Source of the DNA: an uncultured Erysipelotrichaceae bacterium
GTDB taxonomy: Bacteria; Bacillota_I; Bacilli_A; RFN20; CAG-826
Reading direction: 5' to 3'
Length of the DNA stretch: 64,000 nucleotides
Assembly (NCBI GenBank): GCA_946183085.1
Contig: CAMGZU010000001.1
Location: 3,727 to 67,726, forward strand
Shown: positions 37,869 to 46,486 of the stretch, piece after piece
How positions within the stretch are numbered: position 1 is the first letter of the stretch
How the letters are laid out: every line of letters starts with the position of its first letter
Translations under genes and position numbers: made by a program
The notes under the pieces: model-generated
Told to the model about the DNA's origin: nothing
What the model saw: only the letters and a program-made list of their open reading frames with translations
Databases searched by the model: none

Positions 37869-39686
37869 ATGAAATCCATCAAGCCCTTCCTGGCGTCGTT
37901 ATCGATCTCGTTTTTCCTGCTTTCTGGCTGTTCCAATCCCCCATCGATCCATTTGCCTGAAAAACGCCCTTCCGAACTTGCTTCAACCGGCGAAGAGACC
38001 CGCTGGTCGCGCGTCTGCTTCGGCTCTTATCCAAGCCAGGAGATCGTCCCCTCTCGTTGGAATGGGGTCGAGGATTATGCCCTGCAAGAAGGCGACGTAA
38101 TGAAAGATGACGCCCTCTACCATACCTTATCTAGCGCCGCTTGGAATAACGACGCACTGACCCTCGATGGGGTCTCCTATATCCGCGAAATGGGCTCTCC
38201 CCGCGAAGAAACACAGCATTACCGCGACCAAGGCGGCTACCATTATTTCTCGCTGCAGCCACTAAAATGGCGCGTCATCGCCAAAGAAGGGCGCCGCTAC
38301 ACCTTGCTATCGGACAAAGCCATCGATTGCAAGCCCTTCCATGATCTCGACGAAGAAACCGATTGGTCGAAGTCCTCCCTCAGGGCATGGCTTAACGACG
38401 AAAAAGGTGGCTTCTACGCCAAAGCCTTTGACGACGACGAGAAAAAGCGGATCGTCACGGCCAAAAACGCCAACACGCATAACGATGCCTACGAAACCTA
38501 CTGCGGCCCCCAAACCGAAGATAAGGTTTATATCCTTTCCAACGATGAGGTCTTCGCCAGCGAATTAGCCGACCAATATGGCTTCTACGCCGGCCATGGC
38601 TACGATGACCCCGCCAAGCGCTTCGCCTCGACGATCTACGCCAAATTCCATGGCACCTGGTATTCCCCCGTCGCGCCCTACCGCGGCAATTCGTTCTGGT
38701 TCATGCGCACCTCGGGCTATACGCGTCGCACCGTCACTTATATCTGCGACTTCGGCTATATCTATGACCGCGGCACCGCCAACCATTGCGATGACGCCGG
38801 CATCTTGCCTGTCATCCAAGTCGAAGCCGACGCCTCATCTTTCTCCGCCATCGACGAAGTCTCTTCCCTAAGCATCATCAAGCCTGGCGGAGGCGAAGGG
38901 AAGGAGAATACCTGCGACGTCGATGAAAAGCCCGAGCAGCGCTTGACGATGACCTTCGGCGAATACCCGCAAGACGAAGTATTGCCAAGCATCCCAAACG
39001 ATGATGAGGATGGCATCATCCTAGACCCCGAGCTCTACGAACGACTAGAAAACGCCGATTGGAGCCATGAAGTCACGATCGACGGGGTGGAATACCGCAA
39101 TCTCAACGACCGTTATTTTGCCTTGGAGCCCATCGAATGGAATATTTTGGAGCAACGGGAAGGAAGCGCACTGCTCTTCCCCGCCAAAGGCTTAGACTGC
39201 GTCCCCTACCATAGCGCCCTAGAAAGCGTATGCTGGGAGGATTCTTCCTTAAGGAAATGGCTTAACGAAGATTTCCTGCGCTCTGCGTTTGGCCAGGAGG
39301 CGGGATCCATCCTCGGCACCGCGGTGGACAACAAGGACAATTTCTACTTCGGCACCCCCTGCGGGAACCCCACGGAAGACAAAGTGTTCCTCCTTGGCGA
39401 AGAGGAAGTCTTCTGCTCCGGAAAAGCCTCTGACTATGGCTTTGCCTGCTCGGATGCCACCAATGATCCCAACCGCTGCGCCAAGCCAACCCGCTACGCC
39501 CTGGCTCGAGGCGCTTGGAGGTCGCGCAAAAACGGCAATGGATTCTGGATGCTGCGCACCAACGGCTATAACGCCGCCAACGCGGTCTACGTCGGCGATG
39601 TGGGCGACATCTATAACCGTGGCATGCCCGTGACTTGCCAAGACGCACTCATCATGCCCGCCCTGCGCCTTTCTATCCTGGCCTAA
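37869..39686 (+). CDS. Lipoprotein with two tandem DUF6273-like domains
   Basis: It has a lipobox FLLSGC. The signature FG(S/E)YPQ ... (Q/E)P(L/I)(K/E)W(R/N)(V/I) ... S(S)LR(A/K)WLN ... (V/K)(Y/F)(I/L)LS/G..E ... FW(F/M)(M/L)RT ... PV/PA occurs twice. Confidence 0.8.
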   Translation: MKSIKPFLASLSISFFLLSGCSNPPSIHLPEKRPSELASTGEETRWSRVCFGSYPSQEIVPSRWNGVEDYALQEGDVMKDDALYHTLSSAAWNNDALTLDGVSYIREMGSPREETQHYRDQGGYHYFSLQPLKWRVIAKEGRRYTLLSDKAIDCKPFHDLDEETDWSKSSLRAWLNDEKGGFYAKAFDDDEKKRIVTAKNANTHNDAYETYCGPQTEDKVYILSNDEVFASELADQYGFYAGHGYDDPAKRFASTIYAKFHGTWYSPVAPYRGNSFWFMRTSGYTRRTVTYICDFGYIYDRGTANHCDDAGILPVIQVEADASSFSAIDEVSSLSIIKPGGGEGKENTCDVDEKPEQRLTMTFGEYPQDEVLPSIPNDDEDGIILDPELYERLENADWSHEVTIDGVEYRNLNDRYFALEPIEWNILEQREGSALLFPAKGLDCVPYHSALESVCWEDSSLRKWLNEDFLRSAFGQEAGSILGTAVDNKDNFYFGTPCGNPTEDKVFLLGEEEVFCSGKASDYGFACSDATNDPNRCAKPTRYALARGAWRSRKNGNGFWMLRTNGYNAANAVYVGDVGDIYNRGMPVTCQDALIMPALRLSILA

Positions 39687-39738
39687 ACCATCTTCGAATC
39701 ATCAAAGGAGCTGTAACGGAACCTCCCGTTGGTTAGGA

Positions 39739-39757
39739 GGGGTTACGCCCCTTTTTG
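39739..39757 (+). terminator. Weak intrinsic terminator after the lipoprotein gene
   Basis: GGGG-ttacg-CCCC is followed by TTTTT. The stem is short. Confidence 0.35.
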
Positions 39758-39828
39758 CATACTTAGGGTGCGATGCGGGTCGCTAACTGTTTATTTTTGT
39801 AATCATTATTTCCCGAAAAAAAAATGGG

Positions 39829-40380
39829 TCAATCCTTCAAACCTATGAGCGCTTCATCAATCTCCGAATAGATGGCATCGTACTCCTCTGTAGATACGAT
39901 AACGGACGGAATCCAAAAGGAGCGCAGGCTCTCCAACGCCTCACCGCCGCCAAATAACGTTTTTGCTTTGGCGTACGCAAATTGGTTCGCATCGATTTCG
40001 TGTGGTTGGGAAAGGTATAGCCTCGTGAAGCGATCCTCTCCACCATCGAGGCGGCATGAAATCCATTGCCCATTGACCCTTTTCGAGCAATTTCCATCGT
40101 AGGCGATATCGTAATCCAAGGCCTTGCGGATGGCGGGAGGAAAACGCTCGGGATGGGCGTATTGCTCCGCGTGGCGAAGCTCGTGAAAAAGATAGAACGC
40201 CTTCTCGGAATCGGGGCACCCCTTAAGCAATGCGGCATTGACGAAAACGGTATCTGTTTCCGGGTCATACATGCCGTTTGCTTCCTCGTAACCCTTGGGC
40301 ATGTCAAAAGATAGGCGGCAGACAAGCCCAGCCTCCGGGCGCAAAGAATCGAATGAGGCGTGATAATCAAAATCGGGCAT
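39829..40380 (-). CDS. Small HExxH-motif protein (putative zinc metallopeptidase, family not recognised)
   Basis: FYLFHELRHAEQ carries the HExxH motif, and a downstream PHEIDAN is a possible third ligand. The SD GGGAG is present, and the gene lies 12 nt downstream of the ATPase gene. Confidence 0.65.
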   Translation of the reverse strand: MPDFDYHASFDSLRPEAGLVCRLSFDMPKGYEEANGMYDPETDTVFVNAALLKGCPDSEKAFYLFHELRHAEQYAHPERFPPAIRKALDYDIAYDGNCSKRVNGQWISCRLDGGEDRFTRLYLSQPHEIDANQFAYAKAKTLFGGGEALESLRSFWIPSVIVSTEEYDAIYSEIDEALIGLKD

Positions 40381-40392
40381 TGCGTTTCTCCC

Positions 40393-41766
40393 CTAGAGCA
40401 AATACGCCATGTAACACGGAAGCGCGACGATCCCGTCGGGACGGACGAAGAGGTTCTTTGGGTGCAGGATGAAGGCTCCCCCAATCCTCGCCTTGAATTT
40501 ATCGACGAACCGCGTCAAGGATACGTTCGCGTAATTCTTCGAGGACTTCACCTCGATGGGGAAAATCTTGGGTTTTGTCTTGCTTCCGTTGGATAGGAGG
40601 AAGTCAATCTCGATGTCATTGCGCTTCTTCTCCTCGCTGTAATGGGTGTAGAAATAAAGCTTATGGCCGCTTGCGACGAGCATTTGGGCGATGGCATTCT
40701 CGTAAAGCATGCCTTCATTGACGGACAGCCTTCCGGACAAGATGGATGCGTAAACTTCCTCCGCGATCAGCTCGTTTTCGCCAAAGGCATGGGAGACGAG
40801 AAGCCCGGTATCCCCCATATAGCATTTCACCGCCGCCCGGGATTCGTTGAGGGACAACCCGACATTGGGGTCCGAGCAGGCGAAGCACTCATTGCAGACC
40901 ATGGAATCCGCAAGCCAGAAAAAGGTCTCCTCGTATTCGGGATAATTCGTGTCCGATTCAATGCTGCGAAGCCTCACCCTCTTCTCGTGCATCGAGAGGA
41001 ACGAGGGGATCTGATCGAATATGGAAAGGACCTTGGCTTTGTATTGGGCGTCGATCTTCATGATGTCATCGCGGTAATTCACGAGGATGTCCCGCTTCTC
41101 AGCGTCGCAATCGGCGAATTGCTTGCGGGCGAGCAGGAATTTGGATAGCGCCTTGGGCATGCCACCTACCAGCATGTATTGCTTGAACAGCATCATGGCC
41201 CTTTCGTGAAGCCCGCGCTCCAATGGAATTCTCTTTTCAAAGCAATCCCGGATATAGGGAAGCAATTGCTCCTCCCCTAAGGCGCAGGCGAATTCCTCGA
41301 AATCCATGGGGTACATCTTGATCTTCCTTTCCTCGCTGGGGATCGTGATGCCTTGGACGTTTTGCCTGATGGAGATCAAAGAGCCTGTTTCGATATAGTC
41401 ATAGCGTCCATCCGCGACGAGGTATTTGATGGCCTCTCTGGCCTTGGGGTAAGCCTGAACCTCGTCAAAGATGATAAGGCTCTCACGCGGATAGAGCGTC
41501 TTCCCATAGGCGGCGGAAAGCACCATGAAGAAGGTATCAAGCTTTTCTAGATTATCGCGGAAGTTATCGAATACGATGCTGCTGGCCTTGTTGAAATCGA
41601 TGAGGATGTAGGAACGGTAATGGGCTTTGGCGAATTCCTCGACCGCCGTGGATTTGCCGATACGCCTGGCCCCCTCGATGAGTAAGGCCTTCTCGCCTTT
41701 TGATTCGTTCTTCCACTGGAGGAGCTTTTCGGTGATTTTTCTTTTGAAAATGATTTCCGGTTCCAT
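40393..41766 (-). CDS. AAA-type ATPase with a C-terminal DUF4143 / restriction-endonuclease-like domain (AAA_14 family type)
   Basis: The Walker A region reads LLIEGARRIGKST, followed by LIIFDEVQ (Walker B), YMLVGGMP and a C-terminal EIDFLL...FPIEVKSS. The ATG at 41766 has the SD AAGGAG. Confidence 0.8.
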   Translation of the reverse strand: MEPEIIFKRKITEKLLQWKNESKGEKALLIEGARRIGKSTAVEEFAKAHYRSYILIDFNKASSIVFDNFRDNLEKLDTFFMVLSAAYGKTLYPRESLIIFDEVQAYPKAREAIKYLVADGRYDYIETGSLISIRQNVQGITIPSEERKIKMYPMDFEEFACALGEEQLLPYIRDCFEKRIPLERGLHERAMMLFKQYMLVGGMPKALSKFLLARKQFADCDAEKRDILVNYRDDIMKIDAQYKAKVLSIFDQIPSFLSMHEKRVRLRSIESDTNYPEYEETFFWLADSMVCNECFACSDPNVGLSLNESRAAVKCYMGDTGLLVSHAFGENELIAEEVYASILSGRLSVNEGMLYENAIAQMLVASGHKLYFYTHYSEEKKRNDIEIDFLLSNGSKTKPKIFPIEVKSSKNYANVSLTRFVDKFKARIGGAFILHPKNLFVRPDGIVALPCYMAYLL

Positions 41767-41774
41767 GGGGTTCT

Positions 41775-41861
41775 CCTTAAAACGCAAAGTAATAATATCG
41801 AAAATCGTCTTAAAACGCAAGGTATCTAATTATGATTCTTTCCTTAAAACGCAAGGTATCT
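41775..41861. repeat. Three direct repeats of ~20 nt (CTTAAAACGCAAGGTATCT core) with a 33-34-nt period, immediately upstream of the ATPase gene
   Basis: The copies lie at 41775-41791 (degenerate at its 3' end; it contains the ATPase SD), 41808-41827 and 41842-41861. Confidence 0.8.
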
Positions 41862-42020
41862 GTTCCGCGACAAGCCACTATATTGTCGCAACAAAAAACA
41901 TCCTGTGTCCGATTGTTTGGGAACACGATTGCGATCCTACATCCCTCGTTCTTTGAAGCCCGATTTTGTCTCCAGAAAAAACGTCGATTTTTCGTAGGCT
42001 GACTGTAAACCAAGAAAATG

Positions 42021-42047
42021 AAAACACTCATTGCCATCGAGTGTTTT
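42021..42047. terminator. Strong symmetric hairpin AAAACACTC-n9-GAGTGTTTT (possible bidirectional terminator)
   Basis: It is a perfect 9-bp stem with a partial T-run on both strands, located in the 550-bp non-coding stretch. Confidence 0.45.
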
Positions 42048-42078
42048 TACGTTTTGGAGCACGATGCGGGAATCTTTG

Positions 42079-42140
42079 CACAAATCTCTCGGAGCAAATA
42101 ACACAATATTCTCGGTTTAAAATCCACAAATCTCTCGGAG
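42079..42140. repeat. Perfect 16-nt direct repeat CACAAATCTCTCGGAG, two copies 46 nt apart
   Basis: The copies lie at 42079-42094 and 42125-42140. Confidence 0.7.
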
Positions 42141-42280
42141 ATATGCTGTTTTCATCAAGGACGTGGTCGAGCACGGCCAGCCTCTCCTACGATAGGGACC
42201 GCTATTGGCTCGAAACGTTGTCTCGTCTATCAATGACGGCATCGATCATGGGTGGATAAGCATACCGTCGTCTCCGACGC

Positions 42281-42318
42281 AAAAAGAAAAAGAGGCGGAA
42301 CGCTTTCGGTTTCGCCTC
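42281..42318 (-). terminator. Intrinsic terminator after glgA
   Basis: The minus strand reads GAGGCGAAAC-cgaaagc-GUUCCGCCUC (one mismatch) followed by UUUUUCUUUUU. Confidence 0.75.
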
Positions 42319-42325
42319 CAAATCA

Positions 42326-43756
42326 TCAAAGAATCGCTTTGTAGAGCCCTTCGTAGAGCCTCGCGGATTTCGCCCACGAATTGTCCTTCGTGATGGCGTT
42401 TTTCCGCATCTTCTCGAAGTCTTTTTTCTTTTTGTAGAGGTCCATGGCTAAGCCAGTGCCATAGTCGATGCCGCCGTAATCGTAGGAATCGAAGCCGATG
42501 CCGTCGGCTTTATCGGCGTTATGGCCATTGTAGCCAACAACCGTATCGACAAGTCCGCCAGTCCAACGGACGACGGGAAGCGTGCCATAGCGTTGGGCGA
42601 TCATCTGGCCGATGCCGCATGGCTCAAAGGAGCTTGGCATCAAGAAGAAGTCGCTGGCCGCATAGATTTCATGGGCGCGCTTGTTCGAATAGCCGATGTA
42701 GATGGAGACCTGGCTTGGGAAGCGCCTACGGAGGTCTTCAAATGCCTCTTCTAGCTCATGCTCGCCCGAGCCGCAGACGGCGAACATCGCCCCCTGCTGC
42801 AAGAGTTTTGGCATGATCGAATAGACGAGGTCGATGCCTTTTTGGAAGGTAAGGCGCGAGACCAGGCCAAATAACGGTCCGCCGCGATCTTGCAAGAAGC
42901 ATTCCTTGAAGAGGGCTTCGCGGTTGGCCTTTTTGCCCGAGGCGATGGTTTTCGCGGAGAAGGTCTTGGTGATGAAGGAATCCTTTTCCGGGTCGAATTC
43001 GCCATAGTCGATGCCATTGACGAAGCCGCAGAAGTCATATTCCCTCGTATGAAGGACGCCCTCTAAGCCCCAAGAGCCCTCTGGCGTGAGGAGCTCGTTG
43101 CGGTGATTGGGCGAGACGGTCGTGACCTTGTCGGCATAGACGATGCCGCTTTTTAGGGTCGATACCCGGCCTTCAAAACGCGTCGAGCCGTCTTCATAAA
43201 TCGAATAGGGCAGGTTATAGAGGTTATCCAAGGCCGAGGGATCCAACATGCCTTTGAAGGCGGGGTTATGGATCGTCATGACGAACTTGGTCTTCTGATA
43301 GAAGGGATCGTTATGATTCTGGACCTTGATGAGGGCGGGAAGCATGCCCGACTGCCAGTCATGGACGTGGATGATGTCTGGCTGGAAGCCAACGAGCGGG
43401 AGAGCGTTTCTTGCGGCAAGCGTGAAGAAGGCGAAGCGCTCGCCATCATCGCCATAGCCATAAAGGCCATCGCGGCCGAAATACTGCTCGTTTTTGATGA
43501 AGTAATAGGTGATGCCATCCTGGACGAGTTCATAGACCTCGGCATAGCAATCCCTCCACGACATATTGAAATGGAGGGCGCCTTTGAACATCGGCTTCTT
43601 CACAAGCCTCGCTTCGGCGGATTTGTAATAAGGGAGCAAGATCGCCACTTCGTGGCCGAAGGTGACGAGTTCTTTGCTTAAGGCATAGACGACATCAGCC
43701 AAGCCACCGCTTTTGACAAAGGGATTGGCTTCGCTTGCGACCATTGCGATCTTCAT
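42326..43756 (-). CDS. glgA: Glycogen synthase (ADP-glucose type)
   Basis: MKIAMVASEANPFVKSGGLADVV is the GlgA N-terminal motif. The length and the C-terminal GT1 fold also fit. Confidence 0.95.
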   Translation of the reverse strand: MKIAMVASEANPFVKSGGLADVVYALSKELVTFGHEVAILLPYYKSAEARLVKKPMFKGALHFNMSWRDCYAEVYELVQDGITYYFIKNEQYFGRDGLYGYGDDGERFAFFTLAARNALPLVGFQPDIIHVHDWQSGMLPALIKVQNHNDPFYQKTKFVMTIHNPAFKGMLDPSALDNLYNLPYSIYEDGSTRFEGRVSTLKSGIVYADKVTTVSPNHRNELLTPEGSWGLEGVLHTREYDFCGFVNGIDYGEFDPEKDSFITKTFSAKTIASGKKANREALFKECFLQDRGGPLFGLVSRLTFQKGIDLVYSIMPKLLQQGAMFAVCGSGEHELEEAFEDLRRRFPSQVSIYIGYSNKRAHEIYAASDFFLMPSSFEPCGIGQMIAQRYGTLPVVRWTGGLVDTVVGYNGHNADKADGIGFDSYDYGGIDYGTGLAMDLYKKKKDFEKMRKNAITKDNSWAKSARLYEGLYKAIL

Positions 43757-44880
43757 AAGATGGTCCCCTGTTTGAGATAGGCGTACTTCATGGGATCGCC
43801 ATGGAATTCGACGTCCTTCTGGATGATCGAGTATTTGTCGATCAAGCAGTTCTCGAGGTGGGCGCCTTCGGCGATCTTGACGTTGGAGAAGATGATGCAG
43901 TTTTTGACGGTCGCGCCTTTGGCGATGCGGACGTCGCGGGAGAGGATCGAGTTCTCGACCGTGCCTTCCACCACCGCGCCGTTGGCGACGAAGGAATTGA
44001 CGACCCGAGCATCCTCGCCATAAAGGGCGGGCGGGGTGTCATGGGTAAGCGTGTAATGCGGCCATTCGGGATCGAAGAGCTTCGCGGCGACCTCCGGATT
44101 GAGGAGCTCGGTGCAATAACGGATGTAATGGTCGAAGGAATCGAAGCTTCTGACGTAGTCGCCTTTCCATTCGTAACCATGGACTTTGTAGGATCCATCG
44201 TAGAGGAGTTCCTTTAAGATCTCCTGCATGCCAGCCCTCTCGTTCCAGACGGCGCGGCGCTGGATGATCTCGGCCAAAACCGTGCGGTTGATGATCCAGA
44301 TCTCCATCGAGGCGAGCGCCTCCTCTTTGAGGTGGTCGTTCTGCTTGACGGAAGTGATGTAGCCATCGCCGTCGACGCGGACCAAGGTGCCGCGCTCAAA
44401 TTCCTGGGAAGCGTCCTTGATCTTGGTGTAGACCGAGGTGATCTTCTCGTGGCGGGCGATGTGCTCTTTGAGGATCGGTCGGATGTCGACGTTGGCGACG
44501 ATATGGGCGGATTGGAAAACGATATAAGAGGCGTTGGAATCGTAAAGCACCCAGTCGTTCTCGCGGATGTTGGCGACGTCGGTGTTCGTCAAAGGGTTCA
44601 AAACGCCGTTTTCGTTGACCAAGATGCGCTGGGAGCCGACTTTGGTGTTCGTGATCCAGCTGGACATCGAGCCAAGGTGCTTCATGATCGAGCGTTGGTG
44701 CTTCTTGATCAAGAGGCCGACGGTCGGGATGTCGGAGTTCGTGAAGTTGGAAAGCGCGAAATCGCAGAAGGCATAACGCCCCAAGAATGAGGTGCTGCCC
44801 AACGAGCGGTTTTCGGTGAGTTCGCCAAGTTCTGGCGCGTTATAGAAATCGACGAGGCCGATGACTTCGTTCTTTTTCAT
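43753..44880 (-). CDS. glgD: Glucose-1-phosphate adenylyltransferase, GlgD subunit
   Basis: It is a GlgC paralogue lacking the GGxGxRL motif (..LTENRSLGSTSFLGRYAFCDFALSN..) and sits between glgC and glgA, as in Bacillus. Confidence 0.85.
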   Translation of the reverse strand: MKKNEVIGLVDFYNAPELGELTENRSLGSTSFLGRYAFCDFALSNFTNSDIPTVGLLIKKHQRSIMKHLGSMSSWITNTKVGSQRILVNENGVLNPLTNTDVANIRENDWVLYDSNASYIVFQSAHIVANVDIRPILKEHIARHEKITSVYTKIKDASQEFERGTLVRVDGDGYITSVKQNDHLKEEALASMEIWIINRTVLAEIIQRRAVWNERAGMQEILKELLYDGSYKVHGYEWKGDYVRSFDSFDHYIRYCTELLNPEVAAKLFDPEWPHYTLTHDTPPALYGEDARVVNSFVANGAVVEGTVENSILSRDVRIAKGATVKNCIIFSNVKIAEGAHLENCLIDKYSIIQKDVEFHGDPMKYAYLKQGTIL

Positions 44881-46016
44881 AAATCCTCCTTGCTGGCATT
44901 GGCGACGAGCGCGATGCCATCGTGTTCGGCGTTAACGACCTGCCCCGGATCGACGTGGCTGGACGGGCCGACGAGGGCGTCATAGACCTTGGCGCCTTTG
45001 CCAACGCGGACGCCATGCATCAAGACGGCGTTTTCGCAAACCGCGCCTTCGTCGACGAAGACTTCGCCGGAGATGACGCAATGGCTCACTTTGCCAAGGA
45101 TCGTGGCGCCTTGGTTGATCAAGCAATCCTCGACCACCGCTTTGCGGCCGATGTATTGCGGGGCGCTATTGGAGTCTTCGGAATAGATCTTGTTGGCGCC
45201 TTGGACGGTGTAAAGGTTGGTGGCGTCGTCTTTCTTGAGGAGAAGGTCCATGTTCGCCGCGTGGAGCGAGGCGACGGTGCCGACGTCGCGCCAATAGCCA
45301 TGGTAGCGATAGGCGACCATCTTCTTCTTTTCGGAAAGCATCTTCGGGATGATGTTCTTGCCGAAGTCATGATCGCTCTTCTCGTCTTTCGCGTCGGCGC
45401 GGAGCTCTGCCGCGAGCGTGGAGTATTTGAAGATGTAGATGCCCATGGAAGCGAGGTTGCTGTCCGGGTTCTTCGGTTTTTCGTGGAAGGCCACGATGTT
45501 GTCTTTGCTATCGGTCGTCAAGATGCCGAAGCGCGAGGCTTCTTCCATCGGGACCTCATAGACGGCGATCGCGCAGTCGGCCCTGTTCTCCTCGGCCTTC
45601 TTGAGCATGTCGTTATAGGTGCAGGAATAGATGTGGTCGCCCGAAAGGATCAAGACGTATTCCGGATCGATCATGTCGAGCCAGTCCAAGTTCTGATAGA
45701 TGGCGTCGGCGGTTCCTAAATACCAGGCCGAGCCTTCCTCCGTCTGCTTTGGGGTCAAAACGGATGTGAGCGAGCGGACGCCGTTAAGGCCCCACTTCTC
45801 GCCATTGCCGATGTAGCCGTTAAGGACGCTACTTTCGTACTGCGTCAAGACGCCGACGTCGTTGATGCCGGAGTTGGCGCAATTGCTCAAAGGGAAGTCG
45901 ATGATGCGGTATTTGCCGCCATAGGAAACAGCCGGCTTCGCGATTTTGCGCGTCAAAGCCTTCAAGCGGGTCCCTTTGCCCCCCGCAAGAATCATGGCCG
46001 CCATTTTGGTTGACAT
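44877..46016 (-). CDS. glgC: Glucose-1-phosphate adenylyltransferase
   Basis: AMILAGGKGTRLKALTRKIAKPAVSYGGKYRIIDFPLSN is present. The ATG at 46016 has the SD AGAGG, and an extended -10 TGTTACAAT (reverse complement of 46046-46054) lies upstream. Confidence 0.9.
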   Translation of the reverse strand: MSTKMAAMILAGGKGTRLKALTRKIAKPAVSYGGKYRIIDFPLSNCANSGINDVGVLTQYESSVLNGYIGNGEKWGLNGVRSLTSVLTPKQTEEGSAWYLGTADAIYQNLDWLDMIDPEYVLILSGDHIYSCTYNDMLKKAEENRADCAIAVYEVPMEEASRFGILTTDSKDNIVAFHEKPKNPDSNLASMGIYIFKYSTLAAELRADAKDEKSDHDFGKNIIPKMLSEKKKMVAYRYHGYWRDVGTVASLHAANMDLLLKKDDATNLYTVQGANKIYSEDSNSAPQYIGRKAVVEDCLINQGATILGKVSHCVISGEVFVDEGAVCENAVLMHGVRVGKGAKVYDALVGPSSHVDPGQVVNAEHDGIALVANASKEDL

Positions 46017-46153
46017 GTCGTTGCTACCTCTTTCGTTGTTAAGGTATTGTAACACTCTTTGAGTGAGTATTTGTTAAGTAAGTAAACTTTTCGGCAAAAT
46101 TGGCCAAATATCACGAAAAAGGGCGCCAGTTTCACGGGAACGTTCTTTTTTGT

Positions 46154-46182
46154 TTGTGCTTCGCGCTTGCGTGTGGTATATT
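46154..46182 (+). promoter_or_regulatory. rpmB promoter TTGTGC-17-(TGG)TATATT
   Basis: The -35 lies at 46154-46159 and the extended -10 at 46174-46182. Confidence 0.5.
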
Positions 46183-46216
46183 CTTCAAGCGTTTAGCGCA
46201 AACGAGGTGAGAAAGA

Positions 46217-46432
46217 ATGTCTAGAGTATGCCCAGTCACCGGCAAAGGCCCGGTCAGCGGAAACAACCGCAGCCACAGCTTACGTGCCACGAGGAGACGC
46301 TGGAACGTCAATCTTCAGAAATACAAAATCGAGATCGACGGCAAAATGGTCGAGGTCAGAATGTCCGCGAGAGCGTATCGCACCCTCAACAAGACCACCG
46401 GCAAAAAGAGCAAGGCCAACGAAGCCAAGTAA
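46217..46432 (+). CDS. rpmB: 50S ribosomal protein L28
   Basis: MSRVCPVTGKGPVSGNNRSHSLRATRRRWNVNLQ is the L28 signature. Confidence 0.95.
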   Translation: MSRVCPVTGKGPVSGNNRSHSLRATRRRWNVNLQKYKIEIDGKMVEVRMSARAYRTLNKTTGKKSKANEAK

Positions 46433-46457
46433 TCTTTCTCATTGCACCTGTGTAAAT

Positions 46458-46481
46458 GGAGCCCTCTGGGCTCCTTTTTTG
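46458..46481 (+). terminator. Intrinsic terminator after rpmB
   Basis: GGAGCCC-tct-GGGCTCC is followed by TTTTTT. Confidence 0.8.
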
Positions 46482-46486
46482 TTATG

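Noticed and set aside
39768-42070. A shared 9-mer CGATGCGGG at 39771-39779 and 42062-42070 as possible att-like direct repeats bracketing the ATPase/HExxH pair.
   Set aside because: A single 9-nt match between two non-coding stretches of a few hundred nt is expected fairly often by chance. There is no integrase, tRNA or longer flanking identity.
41810-42259. The ORF-track ORFs 41627-41956 (+), 41810-42037 (-) and 41966-42259 (+) in the repeat-rich spacer.
   Set aside because: They have no RBS, their composition is atypical for this genome's genes, they have no motifs, and they run across the direct repeats and the strong hairpin. I treat the region as non-coding.
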